Origin: a virus | IMG/VR virus record: IMGVR_UViG_3300037132_000276 | Location: 28,606-92,605 of that record | Direction: 5' to 3' (one strand) | Length of the DNA: 64,000 nucleotides | In this document: positions 47,931 to 57,680 of the stretch, piece after piece | Layout: each line of letters opens with the position of its first letter | Numbering within the stretch: position 1 is the stretch's first letter | Notes under the pieces: generated by a model | The model's input: the letters and a program-made list of their open reading frames with translations, nothing else | What the model was told of the DNA's origin: nothing | Databases searched by the model: none | Made by a program: the position numbers and the translations under genes

Positions 47931-49235
47931 TTAATTAGTGGTTGGTATTCCACCGCCCGCACTTGCTGCGGCTGCTGGCTGTGTGGCAAATACACAATTA
48001 TTAGCTGCATTTGCGTCCCATGCCGCATAACCTTCGGCAAAAGACTGCCCGACAATAAATAATTTTGCGGTGTTCAAGCCGGTTCCAATAAAAACGCTTG
48101 CCTGATCACTACCAAGATTCGATTTGTAACACATAAAATCGCAATCTCTGAAAATCATATGGCGTCCTAATGCAATTGCCGATGCTGATTTTATTGCACC
48201 GTGTGCCGTTCCACCTTCGGCTTGAGCAATTGTTTTACAATTGATAAATTCATTCCTTTCAGTTGTAAGATCGCCGGCTAAAAGAATCTCACAATTTGCA
48301 TTATTGCCCCGGTCAACCGTATCTGTACCAAAAACGCAATTAACAAAGTTATTGTCCTGAGCGCCTATTCCTAACTCCAGACTTCTTTCGTTTGCTGTTG
48401 GGGTACATCCAGCTCCACCGGTAATATGGCAGTTATAAAGGAAATTTCTGAGGCCGGTGACTTTCATTCCACCTATTGCTCCGGCAATGCTTCCACCATT
48501 CCAAATTTCAATATTGGAAAATATATTGTTGGCTCCGGATAAAAGTATATTCCCTACATTATAAGTTTTGATGGTTACCGTTCCCGCAGTAGCCGCGGCT
48601 TCGGTGGTTACTGATTCAACGGTGGTTATGTAACTTCCGTCTGGAGCAATCGTAGCAATTGTTTTATTTCCATTATTGGTAGTTGAAGTTGCCACAATAT
48701 TGATCGTTTGACCTACGGCAAATTTCGCGGTTAAAAAGCCATCTGAAGAATCTTTGATCTTATAGATCCCGTCAGTTGAATCAAAACTAATTGTTGTTAC
48801 TGCGCCGGTAGTTCTTTCGACGTTTGCAACTCTTGCACGCCCGAACATTCTTACAGGTGCGCCAATGCCAAAAACAGAAATCCCGGATTTTGTCCAATGG
48901 ATATTTTGGTCAAGATAACTTGTGGTTTCTGCTGACGTGCTGCCCGCGCTTCGAAGGACCACCATATCGCCTGCTCCATCAGTACATGCGGCGTATGCGG
49001 TTGGTAAATCCGCGAATGGTTCATACTCTGAACCATCATTTGTGTTAAGCCCCGATTTGGGGTCAACAACAAAAAGCGATCCTCTTAAAGCAGGATTTCC
49101 AATCACTCCATTTTGAAGATCTTGAATTGCCTGTAATGCATCGGGGATATATGGGCTTTGCCCATCAAATCCTTTAGCACTAATCATATCGTTAGTAATT
49201 CTTGGACCATAATACATGATGCTGTACTCCTTCAT
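47931..49235 (-). CDS. Beta-helix-like virion (head fibre/decoration) protein
   Basis: VVDPKSGLNTNDGS..EPFADL..AY, repeated N.F.NC.F strands. Confidence 0.55.
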   Translation of the reverse strand: MKEYSIMYYGPRITNDMISAKGFDGQSPYIPDALQAIQDLQNGVIGNPALRGSLFVVDPKSGLNTNDGSEYEPFADLPTAYAACTDGAGDMVVLRSAGSTSAETTSYLDQNIHWTKSGISVFGIGAPVRMFGRARVANVERTTGAVTTISFDSTDGIYKIKDSSDGFLTAKFAVGQTINIVATSTTNNGNKTIATIAPDGSYITTVESVTTEAAATAGTVTIKTYNVGNILLSGANNIFSNIEIWNGGSIAGAIGGMKVTGLRNFLYNCHITGGAGCTPTANERSLELGIGAQDNNFVNCVFGTDTVDRGNNANCEILLAGDLTTERNEFINCKTIAQAEGGTAHGAIKSASAIALGRHMIFRDCDFMCYKSNLGSDQASVFIGTGLNTAKLFIVGQSFAEGYAAWDANAANNCVFATQPAAAASAGGGIPTTN

Positions 49236-49274
49236 TAATTTAAAAATATTGTTAGTTGTGATATATTCTACTAA

Positions 49275-49733
49275 TTATACAGTTGCCTCCCATTCAATTA
49301 GCAACTTGCCGGCTAGTGCAACGGTAATTGTTGCCGTAGGATTGACAATTCTGAAAATAAGTTTTGTGCCCATTGCAATAGTCACCTGTGCTGGGTCAAG
49401 GGTTAATGGACTGACATCTCCAACCGCTCCGGCTAATTGAATCGCACCGGTATTGCCAACTTCATTGGCTCCTGCACGTAAACTTACAACGGGAGTGTTC
49501 CCTGATCCGGTTTGCACTACGGTTTTGAGAAAGCCGACATTTGTGATTTTAAGTTTTGTTGGCGCAACGAATACATATTCGTCAACCGTTACACCCGTGG
49601 CTCCGGCCGCTACCGCCGCTGTTACTTGATTAAAAGAAAGATGTTGTAATAATTCAGCAATTTGCGGCAAAGCACTAAGATTGCCGGTAAAATCTTTTGA
49701 ATCGACCTGAGATGAGGATAATTGCGCGTACAT
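49275..49733 (-). CDS. Small beta-sandwich virion protein (head decoration candidate)
   Basis: YVFVAP..LKIT.V jelly-roll-like pattern; strong RBS. Confidence 0.45.
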   Translation of the reverse strand: MYAQLSSSQVDSKDFTGNLSALPQIAELLQHLSFNQVTAAVAAGATGVTVDEYVFVAPTKLKITNVGFLKTVVQTGSGNTPVVSLRAGANEVGNTGAIQLAGAVGDVSPLTLDPAQVTIAMGTKLIFRIVNPTATITVALAGKLLIEWEATV

Positions 49734-49774
49734 TTTATGCTCCTTTCTTATTGATGGATGTTTCTATTATATAC

Positions 49775-52700
49775 TTACTTATATATGTTATGTTTAATTT
49801 TATTTATAACGCTTTTCTTACTCGGGAATAATTGCAACTGAGAAGTATTTATAGATTTTTCAACATATTTTTTCAATAATTTATAATAATCTTTTTCTCC
49901 ATGAAGATGAACATCTGTAATCCATTTAAAGAACTCGCGTTTATTCATAGGCATTTTAATGCCTTCTTTTTCAAGTCGCTTTTGAAGTTCGTTGTAAAGA
50001 TTTACATGCTCGCTCTCTTCTTTAATTCCTAAATCTTCCATTTTCTTAGTAAAGGCTTTATATAATTTCTTTCCGGAAATGTTTAACCGACTGACAATGC
50101 TTTTATTAATCCCCTTCTCATATTTTGGCTTAAATGCTCCGTTAAAAGCTTCGTCTGGGGAAAGCCCATCACTAAACATATCCGGTTCCATAGCCATTCG
50201 ATATTGTCGAATCTTATCTTTCATTTCATTTGGCTTCGTACCCGCAAATAGATCGAATAAGGCAAGTACTTTCTTATCCGCTTTCAATGGTTCAAAAGCA
50301 TCGTTTGCCGCTTGACTTATAAAATCATCAGGACTCTTAAAGTTATCTTTCATCACTTCATATTTGCTAAGAATTTTTACCGCCTCTGATATTTCGGGAA
50401 CGATATCGCCCGGCTTACCTTTCAGCGCAAAAATATCGCCCAGGGCTTTTGTAACTCCTTCTCTGGCAGCGTTATTAATTTTTTCAAAATGCTGACTTGA
50501 ATCTCCTAGAATCGATTGAGTTAATAGCTGTTTAACTTTATCTTTATTTGAAGCATTGAGCTTGCCGGTATTCATATCAATATATAAATGTCTTTCGTTC
50601 TCGGGAATAATTTTACTCTTTATCAGCTCCTTCACTAAGTCCGGCCCAACGTCTTCCAAATAATCGCTTATGCTGGAATAATCACCTTTCGCGCCGCTGA
50701 ATAGATCCGATATTTTATTAAAAGTCTTATCATCAATTCGGGTAGCCATTCCCTTTGCGGCCTCACTTTCTTCAAGTGCAAGCTTCTGATCTTGATTGCT
50801 TATAGATCCAAGCCTCTGGGCTTCTTCATTGCTTAGATTTGTTCTTCTTACCAATACCGGATTTTTCATCTTTGAAACTTCATCCGGGCTGAAGCCCAAT
50901 CTCTCGGCATGCTTTATAAGGTCACTCTTATATTTTTCCAACCCCAATTTATAATGCTCCAAAACACCTACCGCCCGGCCATTACCGGCAATTACATTAT
51001 AATCCTGGTTAACAATCGGTGCGCCGTTCTGCGCGGTTTTATCATCGCTTAGGAAGTCAAAATTCGGTTTGTTAGCAATTGTATTTATCTGATTTATTGA
51101 TTGTTGCTTGCTCCTATCTCTGTTTTGTGCTGCCCCAATAGTATAATTCGGATTTGGTTCTCCTCCCGCAAAATTACTGGGTGCAAGCTCGTCGCCTTCT
51201 ACTATTTCATAATAACCGCTCGCCGAATCTTTATCGTCGGTGCCGAAGTTTATTTTTGTAGCCGGAAGATTGCTTACAATTCCCTTGCTTGCCCGAGTGG
51301 GTTCGAAGATGTTCTTGCCGTTAATTGTTTTCAGTTCATCAATGGTTTTACTTTCTCCCCTCCCATTATTATCATAGAATATTTTATCCTTTGTAATATC
51401 ATTTATTGGGAAAGTTTCATTACCAAGTTTCAATTTATTTGTTGGTCCGTCAATCTCGGTGTCACCGTCAAAGGTTTTTACAAGTTTGAATTTTCTCCCC
51501 TCTATATCAACTTCCTTTTTTGCCCTGAATGCATTTTCGGTTAGCTTATATCCGCGGTCTTCAAGCTGCTTCGAAAAATCTTTATATTCTTTACCGTTAA
51601 GTTTTTCCTTTACTGTTTTTTGCTTCTGCTCATTTTCCGCTTTAATCTTCTCCGCGGTTTGTTTTGCTTGCTGGGCTTTTCCCCATCTGCCGCCAAACTG
51701 TTTATGATTGAATCTGGCAAGCTCTTCCTCGGTATATTCGGGCTTAATCTCAATTTTATCATGTTTCTGCTTTACGGTGATCCCGCCGTACGGGCCTTCA
51801 TTCGGTACAATTTCTTCTCCGGCTTTTTCCTGTTCATACTCTTCACGCTTGAATTTCTTATAATCATTTTGGGATAAGAATAAACCGGTTTCGTGTGTCT
51901 TCGGATCTTCAAGCGAATAGCCATCTTCGGTAATATTTCTAACAAAATATTTTTTATCATCAAAGACCAGCGGAAAGTCTTTCTGCCCATTTACCATAAT
52001 GTCGGTTTCGCCGGTTTCGGGATTATACTGCCAGGTAATGTTATCCGTTTCATTATCTCCGGTTTTAATAAACTTTCTGGCGGTTAACTCGTCAACCCGT
52101 CCAAAGTCTGCCTGCTTTGCTTCGTCCCAAAATTTCTTGTATCCTGGCTGTTTTTCATAATCAAGGTTATAGCTATAATCCTCATCGGCATATCCTTGAT
52201 AAACGTGTGAATATTTATCCTTCATTGACTGTTTATATTTTTTCGGGTCAATATCCGAGGCCCGGGAAAGCGGCTGTTCAATCTCGATAACCTTCATCCG
52301 GTTCGTTTTGAGATCTTGAATAAGTGCAAGTGCGCCGGTCAACTTCAATACTTTGGATGGGCGCCCCTCATCATCGATCTGTGCGCCTTCATAATACCCT
52401 TTCTGCTGTTCAAGTTTTTGCAGGTGTTCATTTTTATTCACGGTTATCATCTTGCCTTCAACGTTAACCGCGAGGATATTATCAGAGATTTCTTTTATCT
52501 GTCCGGCTTTCCCGCCGATTCTGATCATTTCACCTGGCTTAAAATCTACATTATATTGTTTGGCTGCGGTTTGCTCGGGTACCGTTTCGCCGCCCTTATC
52601 TCTCCATTCCCGTTTACCATTCGGAAGTTCATATAAATAAATATACCCCTCTCCGCTTGGGTTTGGTTTTTTCTCAACATATTTGTGATCCGGCTTCATC

Positions 52701-53302
52701 CCGCCTTTAGCATTCCAGGCCGTGCCGCCCGTACCGGTTTTGCTGATGTCAAAAATCTTGGCAGTGGATTTGAATAATTTTAAGGATATTGGTTTTGTCT
52801 CAATGTCAACTGATTTTAGAAAAGGTTGCTTAAAAAGAGGTTCTTCCACCCGGGCTTTGAATAACTTTGTGCCTATGGATTTGTGAAATACCGAATAATT
52901 TACATTATGCTTTATAAAATCCGGATTGGTTATGGTCTCTCTTAGAAAGTCAGTCATATTGTCTACAAACACTTTCCCGATTGGTGTTTCAAAAGTTCCA
53001 GAACTTCTATATGAAATTTGCGGTAACCTACTTTCTGGCAAACTAATTTCTGTCGATTTATGTAAATAGGCATTTAGTAGATGCCTGTCTGCTCTTACAA
53101 TCTTAACCCCTTTTTTAAGTATTACAAAATCGTCTCCGCATTCCTTTACCTCACCAAAAGAAGTTATTAATCCTTTTTGCAAAAGATTAATGGGCTTATC
53201 GCAAATAATATTGTCGGCGGCGTCACGGGTTATTATTCGCGCACCTTCAATACTCTTGGCAATAAATCCACCTTCGTAATCTGGCAATTTTTGGATAAGC
53301 AT
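49775..53302 (-). CDS. Polyvalent protein: KOW/SH3-like repeats, DdrB-like ParB domain, C-terminal DUF5661-like domain
   Basis: YEIVE..EL.PS...AQNRDR...GAPIV...VIAGNGR...NPVLVRR; LGIKEESEH...ITDVHL..EKDYYKLL. Confidence 0.7.
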   Translation of the reverse strand: MLIQKLPDYEGGFIAKSIEGARIITRDAADNIICDKPINLLQKGLITSFGEVKECGDDFVILKKGVKIVRADRHLLNAYLHKSTEISLPESRLPQISYRSSGTFETPIGKVFVDNMTDFLRETITNPDFIKHNVNYSVFHKSIGTKLFKARVEEPLFKQPFLKSVDIETKPISLKLFKSTAKIFDISKTGTGGTAWNAKGGMKPDHKYVEKKPNPSGEGYIYLYELPNGKREWRDKGGETVPEQTAAKQYNVDFKPGEMIRIGGKAGQIKEISDNILAVNVEGKMITVNKNEHLQKLEQQKGYYEGAQIDDEGRPSKVLKLTGALALIQDLKTNRMKVIEIEQPLSRASDIDPKKYKQSMKDKYSHVYQGYADEDYSYNLDYEKQPGYKKFWDEAKQADFGRVDELTARKFIKTGDNETDNITWQYNPETGETDIMVNGQKDFPLVFDDKKYFVRNITEDGYSLEDPKTHETGLFLSQNDYKKFKREEYEQEKAGEEIVPNEGPYGGITVKQKHDKIEIKPEYTEEELARFNHKQFGGRWGKAQQAKQTAEKIKAENEQKQKTVKEKLNGKEYKDFSKQLEDRGYKLTENAFRAKKEVDIEGRKFKLVKTFDGDTEIDGPTNKLKLGNETFPINDITKDKIFYDNNGRGESKTIDELKTINGKNIFEPTRASKGIVSNLPATKINFGTDDKDSASGYYEIVEGDELAPSNFAGGEPNPNYTIGAAQNRDRSKQQSINQINTIANKPNFDFLSDDKTAQNGAPIVNQDYNVIAGNGRAVGVLEHYKLGLEKYKSDLIKHAERLGFSPDEVSKMKNPVLVRRTNLSNEEAQRLGSISNQDQKLALEESEAAKGMATRIDDKTFNKISDLFSGAKGDYSSISDYLEDVGPDLVKELIKSKIIPENERHLYIDMNTGKLNASNKDKVKQLLTQSILGDSSQHFEKINNAAREGVTKALGDIFALKGKPGDIVPEISEAVKILSKYEVMKDNFKSPDDFISQAANDAFEPLKADKKVLALFDLFAGTKPNEMKDKIRQYRMAMEPDMFSDGLSPDEAFNGAFKPKYEKGINKSIVSRLNISGKKLYKAFTKKMEDLGIKEESEHVNLYNELQKRLEKEGIKMPMNKREFFKWITDVHLHGEKDYYKLLKKYVEKSINTSQLQLFPSKKSVINKIKHNIYK

Positions 53303-53477
53303 TCTTCTGCTCAGTTTTGTCTAATTGTTTTTTATAAAGCAAAATATAAACATACTGCTATTATCACCGCTAAAACGATAAGCATGATTCGCAATGGTTT
53401 AGTTAAAAATTTCATAACCGTTCCTTTCGTTGTGATTATTTTATTTTCCGCTATTAATCTTCTAATGCTGCTCATGT

Positions 53478-54014
53478 TTATGGTGTGAAATGAATGGGGA
53501 TTTTCCCTTGAGATAATAACCAAGCATTAAATAATATTAGGAATACGACTACCGCTCTCCAAGCATATCTGATTATTCTAGAGCCTTTATTTAATTTCTT
53601 TATTGCAGCATCCATTAATTCTTTTTGCATTAATTCTCTTACGTTCTCGCTCATAAGTTCTGAACGGAGTATCTCTTTTATTCTGACTTCATTTATAGGA
53701 ACAACGGCACTATGTTGCATAAATGATTTTTCTAATTTTACAATTTGGTTGGCAATGCTATTTTTTATCTCATCTTTCCAATCAAATAGCCTGTTGTTTA
53801 ATAAGACTAGATCAAGGACACTCGCCATTGAATTGTTGAGTTCTTCGATATGCTCCGGACTGACGTCTCCCATCTCCAGCTTTTTAAAAGGGACTAACGT
53901 GTTGTCCTCCATTAAATATCCTTCATTGGTCGTTTTAGACATTTCTTTACTCCCCGAGTTTAATTGGATTGATATTTTCTTCATACCATTCCTGCCATTC
54001 ATCTTCATCCTCAA
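53478..54014 (-). CDS. Hypothetical protein with C-terminal TM helix
   Basis: Helical ORF ending AVVVFLILFNAWLL; start probably MSKTT. Confidence 0.5.
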   Translation of the reverse strand: MRMKMNGRNGMKKISIQLNSGSKEMSKTTNEGYLMEDNTLVPFKKLEMGDVSPEHIEELNNSMASVLDLVLLNNRLFDWKDEIKNSIANQIVKLEKSFMQHSAVVPINEVRIKEILRSELMSENVRELMQKELMDAAIKKLNKGSRIIRYAWRAVVVFLILFNAWLLSQGKIPIHFTP

Positions 54015-55017
54015 CTCTTAGCTTTATCTGGCCATCTTTATTGACATATTGGAATTTCGGATTTATACGTATCCACCTGCAGCGACAATTCGGATGTTGT
54101 GGGAGTGCTGGCATCGAATGTTCATGATGCAGCTTCCCGCGTAGGTTATCTTTTGAATTTCCTTTAGAAGGATCCAACCTTTTCTGCTGACTGTTCGATC
54201 TTCCATAATTATTCTTTCCAACCCAAACCTCATTTTCCCATATTTCAGCAAGTTCTTGATATTTTGCACTTCTGGGATCCAGTGTTGAATAATCTTCGGC
54301 TGCTGTGCCGCGGACTTTATATACTTTCCCGTTTATTAAATCCAAACATCCTTCGCATGCGTCCGGCATTGATATGCCTACAACATATTCGCCTGGTTTC
54401 ATCATTGCAAGGTAACCATTATTAAATGCCGCATTCGTCTCGGTTATTGCAACCCTTTTCCAATCTCGGTTTAATTCTCCAATATCATCAACAATTAATT
54501 TGCGCAAGTCTTCTAATAGGTTCCCGCGGTTACCGTGAATTTTTGTGCTTTCATAGATTGCATTTCGAACTGTCTGCATCGCTGAAATAGAAGTATTGCT
54601 CATTAGAGAAGCGCCTTCATTTATAGCGCTTTGGAGTGCTTTGGCCTCTTCAATTGATAATCCATATTTTTTAGCAGCGTCCAATACTGTTCTCGGCATT
54701 TTTGCAATGGCTTCGATCTTAAATACTTGTGCTTCAATATCGGATTTAGCTAAAAATCTGCCAATGACATATGCTCGTAAAAGCCATGTTTGAGCTTCTT
54801 CGATAACGGGAAGAAAATAACTTTTAATAAACAGATCAACTTTTTCAAGTTCTGAAACTTCAAAAAATTGTTTACGCTGCAGCTCGTGGTTTTCTGAAAG
54901 GAATTTTGCAAATTGTTTATAGAAATCGACGGGATTAAGTGCATTCTCAAACATCATGCGCTCAATGAATCCAAGTTCTTTCAAATGTAGGATTTTCCCA
55001 TCAATTCCTAAAAGCAT
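53947..55017 (-). CDS. Minor head morphogenesis protein (SPP1 gp7 / Mu F-like)
   Basis: WKRVAITETN.AFN.G, ACEGC..LNGKVY, LPQHPNCRC; directly after portal. Confidence 0.85.
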   Translation of the reverse strand: MLLGIDGKILHLKELGFIERMMFENALNPVDFYKQFAKFLSENHELQRKQFFEVSELEKVDLFIKSYFLPVIEEAQTWLLRAYVIGRFLAKSDIEAQVFKIEAIAKMPRTVLDAAKKYGLSIEEAKALQSAINEGASLMSNTSISAMQTVRNAIYESTKIHGNRGNLLEDLRKLIVDDIGELNRDWKRVAITETNAAFNNGYLAMMKPGEYVVGISMPDACEGCLDLINGKVYKVRGTAAEDYSTLDPRSAKYQELAEIWENEVWVGKNNYGRSNSQQKRLDPSKGNSKDNLRGKLHHEHSMPALPQHPNCRCRWIRINPKFQYVNKDGQIKLRVEDEDEWQEWYEENINPIKLGE

Positions 55018-56912
55018 TATTCTTGTTTCCCTAAAATTTTATTCCGGAGTTGTTCGTTAATATCAACACTATTATCATTTTTATATTTTTCTAAAAGTGA
55101 GCGGTCTGCATCGGTATATTGTTGTTGCTGCTCTTCGTCGGGGGTTTTCCCCCCCTTATCGGGTGCCGCTCCATCTGTCCCCGCTTGTGGAGATCCTCCT
55201 CCTGGCTGTTGTTGTCCTCCTCCCGGCACTCCCGCTCCCGTTTGCTGCTGTGCGGCTGCGGCTTCTTTTTGTATATTCTGCTGAATTAATGCTTGCAATC
55301 CTTGTCTTACGGTTTGACTTTCAAGTGCGGGTACTTCAAATATGTCTATCCCTCCAACAATCAAAGAATATTTTTCTTTGTCTTCTTCGGCAAGAATTTC
55401 ATTTATGGAAGTGTCAGTTTTTAGAGATTTTTCCCGAATGTCATATTTCAACTTTTTGTCAAGTATCTGGAACCCTGTGAACTTAATCCTGATATCAAGT
55501 CCCGTATATTCTTGGAATATATTTTGCCCGGCTTTTCCTGGGGTGTTAAGTGCATCTTCGAAGTGGGTGAGAAATGTTTTAGCTCCAATGTCTTTAGATT
55601 CTTTAATTATTCCATCAGTATTTTCTGATGTTAAAGAAGAACTTTTTACTGCATCACTGTGGGCACCCAAACTAATTTCCCGAGGGTCTGTCCCGGAGAG
55701 CTGACACCAGATAGAAAAAAGTAATGTCATCCATAGATGATATTCCATTTCCCGTGAATTGTTTCGGATGTTTACCCATTTAGCGTCTCCTTTCTCTCCT
55801 TTCAGCGAGACCATTGGGAACCGATTAGCATTACCGGCGCCGGTCATGTGTGCATATAGCACTTTCTTCAGCTTCTCGAGCTGCATTCCGCCAATGCCGC
55901 CGCCGGTAAATGCAGCAAAACCCTGAGGCATTCTATTCTCTGTAAAATTGGAAGCATTCATCTTCAAGGCATTTAAAATATAGGTAACAATGTTTATCCC
56001 CTGTTCAACTACCGAATATCCGCGCTGGGCAAGTCTAAAATCAGAACGTGTAAAGAAATGATGTTTCCTAATTACTTCTCGTGTGGCTGCCGCATATCTT
56101 CTCTCGTTATAAACCAATAAATAATCCGGTTCATCATCTTCCGCCATTTTTAACTTGCCGGTGAGCATTGTTTCATAATCTTCTATGTATGCCTGCAGCG
56201 GATCAATTCCTTTATTGTAAATAATAGGCGCTCGACGTTTTTTTATTACCGGCTTCCAGATTATTGGATCATCCAGCTGTATGGCTATTGGTCTGTCTAA
56301 ACCGTCCCTAGTTATTCTAAAAGTAAAATCATCAAGATCAAACCAATCTTCATAAGCATTACCAATAAATCTGGCCAGGTTAGGATAGGTGTCGTTTGCA
56401 GCAAAAAAGAAGTTCGTTGTAAGTTGGCGCTCCCATTCTCTTAGCTTTGCGCGCTCTTCTTTACTCGGTTGGTATTCAGGATTTGTAAATTCAAAAACAA
56501 CTCCGCGCTGTACTTCATCTTTTCTTGGGATTCTGGCATATTGCGCAAGGTCCAGCCGTCGTTTATTCTTGATAAGTCTGCCAGCTTCGGTTGCCCCGGC
56601 GCGTCTCAAAATACGATAAGGAATATCAATCATTTCCCAATCAATATATTTATTGTTTTGATTAACACTATAGAGTTGTCCGTCTGCATCATTAAGTACC
56701 GCAATGACTTCGCGGGCAAGATCAACATTAATTGTCCCTGATTTCCCCTGTTTGTTTAGCTGATCCTGGAAATAATCATCACTTTCAAGTAGTTCTTCAA
56801 CTTCTTGCTGCGGATCTTTTGTCGCCCCTTGAGTAAAAACCGACTTATTCATTTCTTCAAATACTTGTTTTTGTATAAAATCAGGATCTCTGCGGTCTAT
56901 CGTTGCAAACAT
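55017..56912 (-). CDS. Portal protein
   Basis: GYSVVEQ...N.SNF.ENRMPQG, GAGNANRFP, SREMEY..W, GTDPREI; Twort-like portal; Q/G-rich tail. Confidence 0.85.
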   Translation of the reverse strand: MFATIDRRDPDFIQKQVFEEMNKSVFTQGATKDPQQEVEELLESDDYFQDQLNKQGKSGTINVDLAREVIAVLNDADGQLYSVNQNNKYIDWEMIDIPYRILRRAGATEAGRLIKNKRRLDLAQYARIPRKDEVQRGVVFEFTNPEYQPSKEERAKLREWERQLTTNFFFAANDTYPNLARFIGNAYEDWFDLDDFTFRITRDGLDRPIAIQLDDPIIWKPVIKKRRAPIIYNKGIDPLQAYIEDYETMLTGKLKMAEDDEPDYLLVYNERRYAAATREVIRKHHFFTRSDFRLAQRGYSVVEQGINIVTYILNALKMNASNFTENRMPQGFAAFTGGGIGGMQLEKLKKVLYAHMTGAGNANRFPMVSLKGEKGDAKWVNIRNNSREMEYHLWMTLLFSIWCQLSGTDPREISLGAHSDAVKSSSLTSENTDGIIKESKDIGAKTFLTHFEDALNTPGKAGQNIFQEYTGLDIRIKFTGFQILDKKLKYDIREKSLKTDTSINEILAEEDKEKYSLIVGGIDIFEVPALESQTVRQGLQALIQQNIQKEAAAAQQQTGAGVPGGGQQQPGGGSPQAGTDGAAPDKGGKTPDEEQQQQYTDADRSLLEKYKNDNSVDINEQLRNKILGKQE

Positions 56913-56977
56913 GATTAACCTTTTCTATGTTATGTTAATATTTTTACGGTGTGAATAATAAGTTTTTGGTAGTTCTT

Positions 56978-56998
56978 TTTTGGTGTGAATTATGCAAA
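56978..56998 (-). promoter_or_regulatory. Late promoter / activator motif, copy 4
   Basis: TTTTGGTGTGAATTATGCAAA upstream of portal. Confidence 0.72.
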
Positions 56999-57003
56999 TT
57001 ACT

Positions 57004-57360
57004 TTACTTCGGCTGTTTTATTTCCCGTGCACCTTTTCTAAAGTCATCTAACATATTATTATGAATATGGTTATTCCATTCGTTATCAAAATAATCTTTA
57101 ACTTCAAGCCATGCTTCAAGGTCTTCAAACTCAACTTTATACTGCTGTTCAAAAGCTCTCATATAATTTGTATCGTGCGGCGGCCCGTTGATAATCTTTC
57201 CATCAACATTGATTTCCATAGTGCCGTCTGCAAATTTCTTTTTGAGAACAAAATACTTGGCGGCAAGATCGCCAAGTATTGATTCATTCTCTTCATCAAA
57301 AATATTTATGTTGTTATCGCCGATGATCATTTTCGCTCCTTCTTTCGGAATAAGTTCCAA
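57004..57360 (-). CDS. Hypothetical protein
   Basis: 118-aa ORF in the same orientation as neighbours. Confidence 0.5.
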   Translation of the reverse strand: MELIPKEGAKMIIGDNNINIFDEENESILGDLAAKYFVLKKKFADGTMEINVDGKIINGPPHDTNYMRAFEQQYKVEFEDLEAWLEVKDYFDNEWNNHIHNNMLDDFRKGAREIKQPK

Positions 57361-57426
57361 AGATTAATTGAACAGGCATCTTCATGAGTCCTCCAATTAT
57401 TTATTGCTGTTGATAAATATTAATTA

Positions 57427-57678
57427 TTAAAAGCGTCCCCAAAAAGGTAAACTATCCCGCTTTTTGTTTTTCTTCCTTTTTTTGTTTTTACGGTCCAACA
57501 AAAATGAATCAACCTTTTCATCAATAATTATATATTTCTTCCATCTCAAACCGCCTTGTGTCTTTCCCGTAAATTTGGATATTTCATAATTCAGTTTTCC
57601 GCTATAAGTTACCTCATGCACTAAATGAGAACCACATTTATAGCGCTTTGCAAATTCTTTAACGGTTAATCTTTCCAT
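57427..57678 (-). CDS. Small basic HTH (excisionase-like) protein
   Basis: LTVKEFAKRYKCGSHLVHE...GKL. Confidence 0.5.
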   Translation of the reverse strand: MERLTVKEFAKRYKCGSHLVHEVTYSGKLNYEISKFTGKTQGGLRWKKYIIIDEKVDSFLLDRKNKKRKKNKKRDSLPFWGRF

Positions 57679-57680
57679 CT

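Noticed and set aside
10609-49235. Additional DGR target VRs in other fibre-like genes
   Set aside because: By eye I found no second match to TR at the ends of the FN3, baseplate or beta-helix genes; a formal alignment was not run
16862-56998. The repeated TGGTGTGAATTATGCA motif as IS ends or recombination sites
   Set aside because: All copies have the same orientation directly upstream of operon starts and there is no transposase; a promoter role fits better
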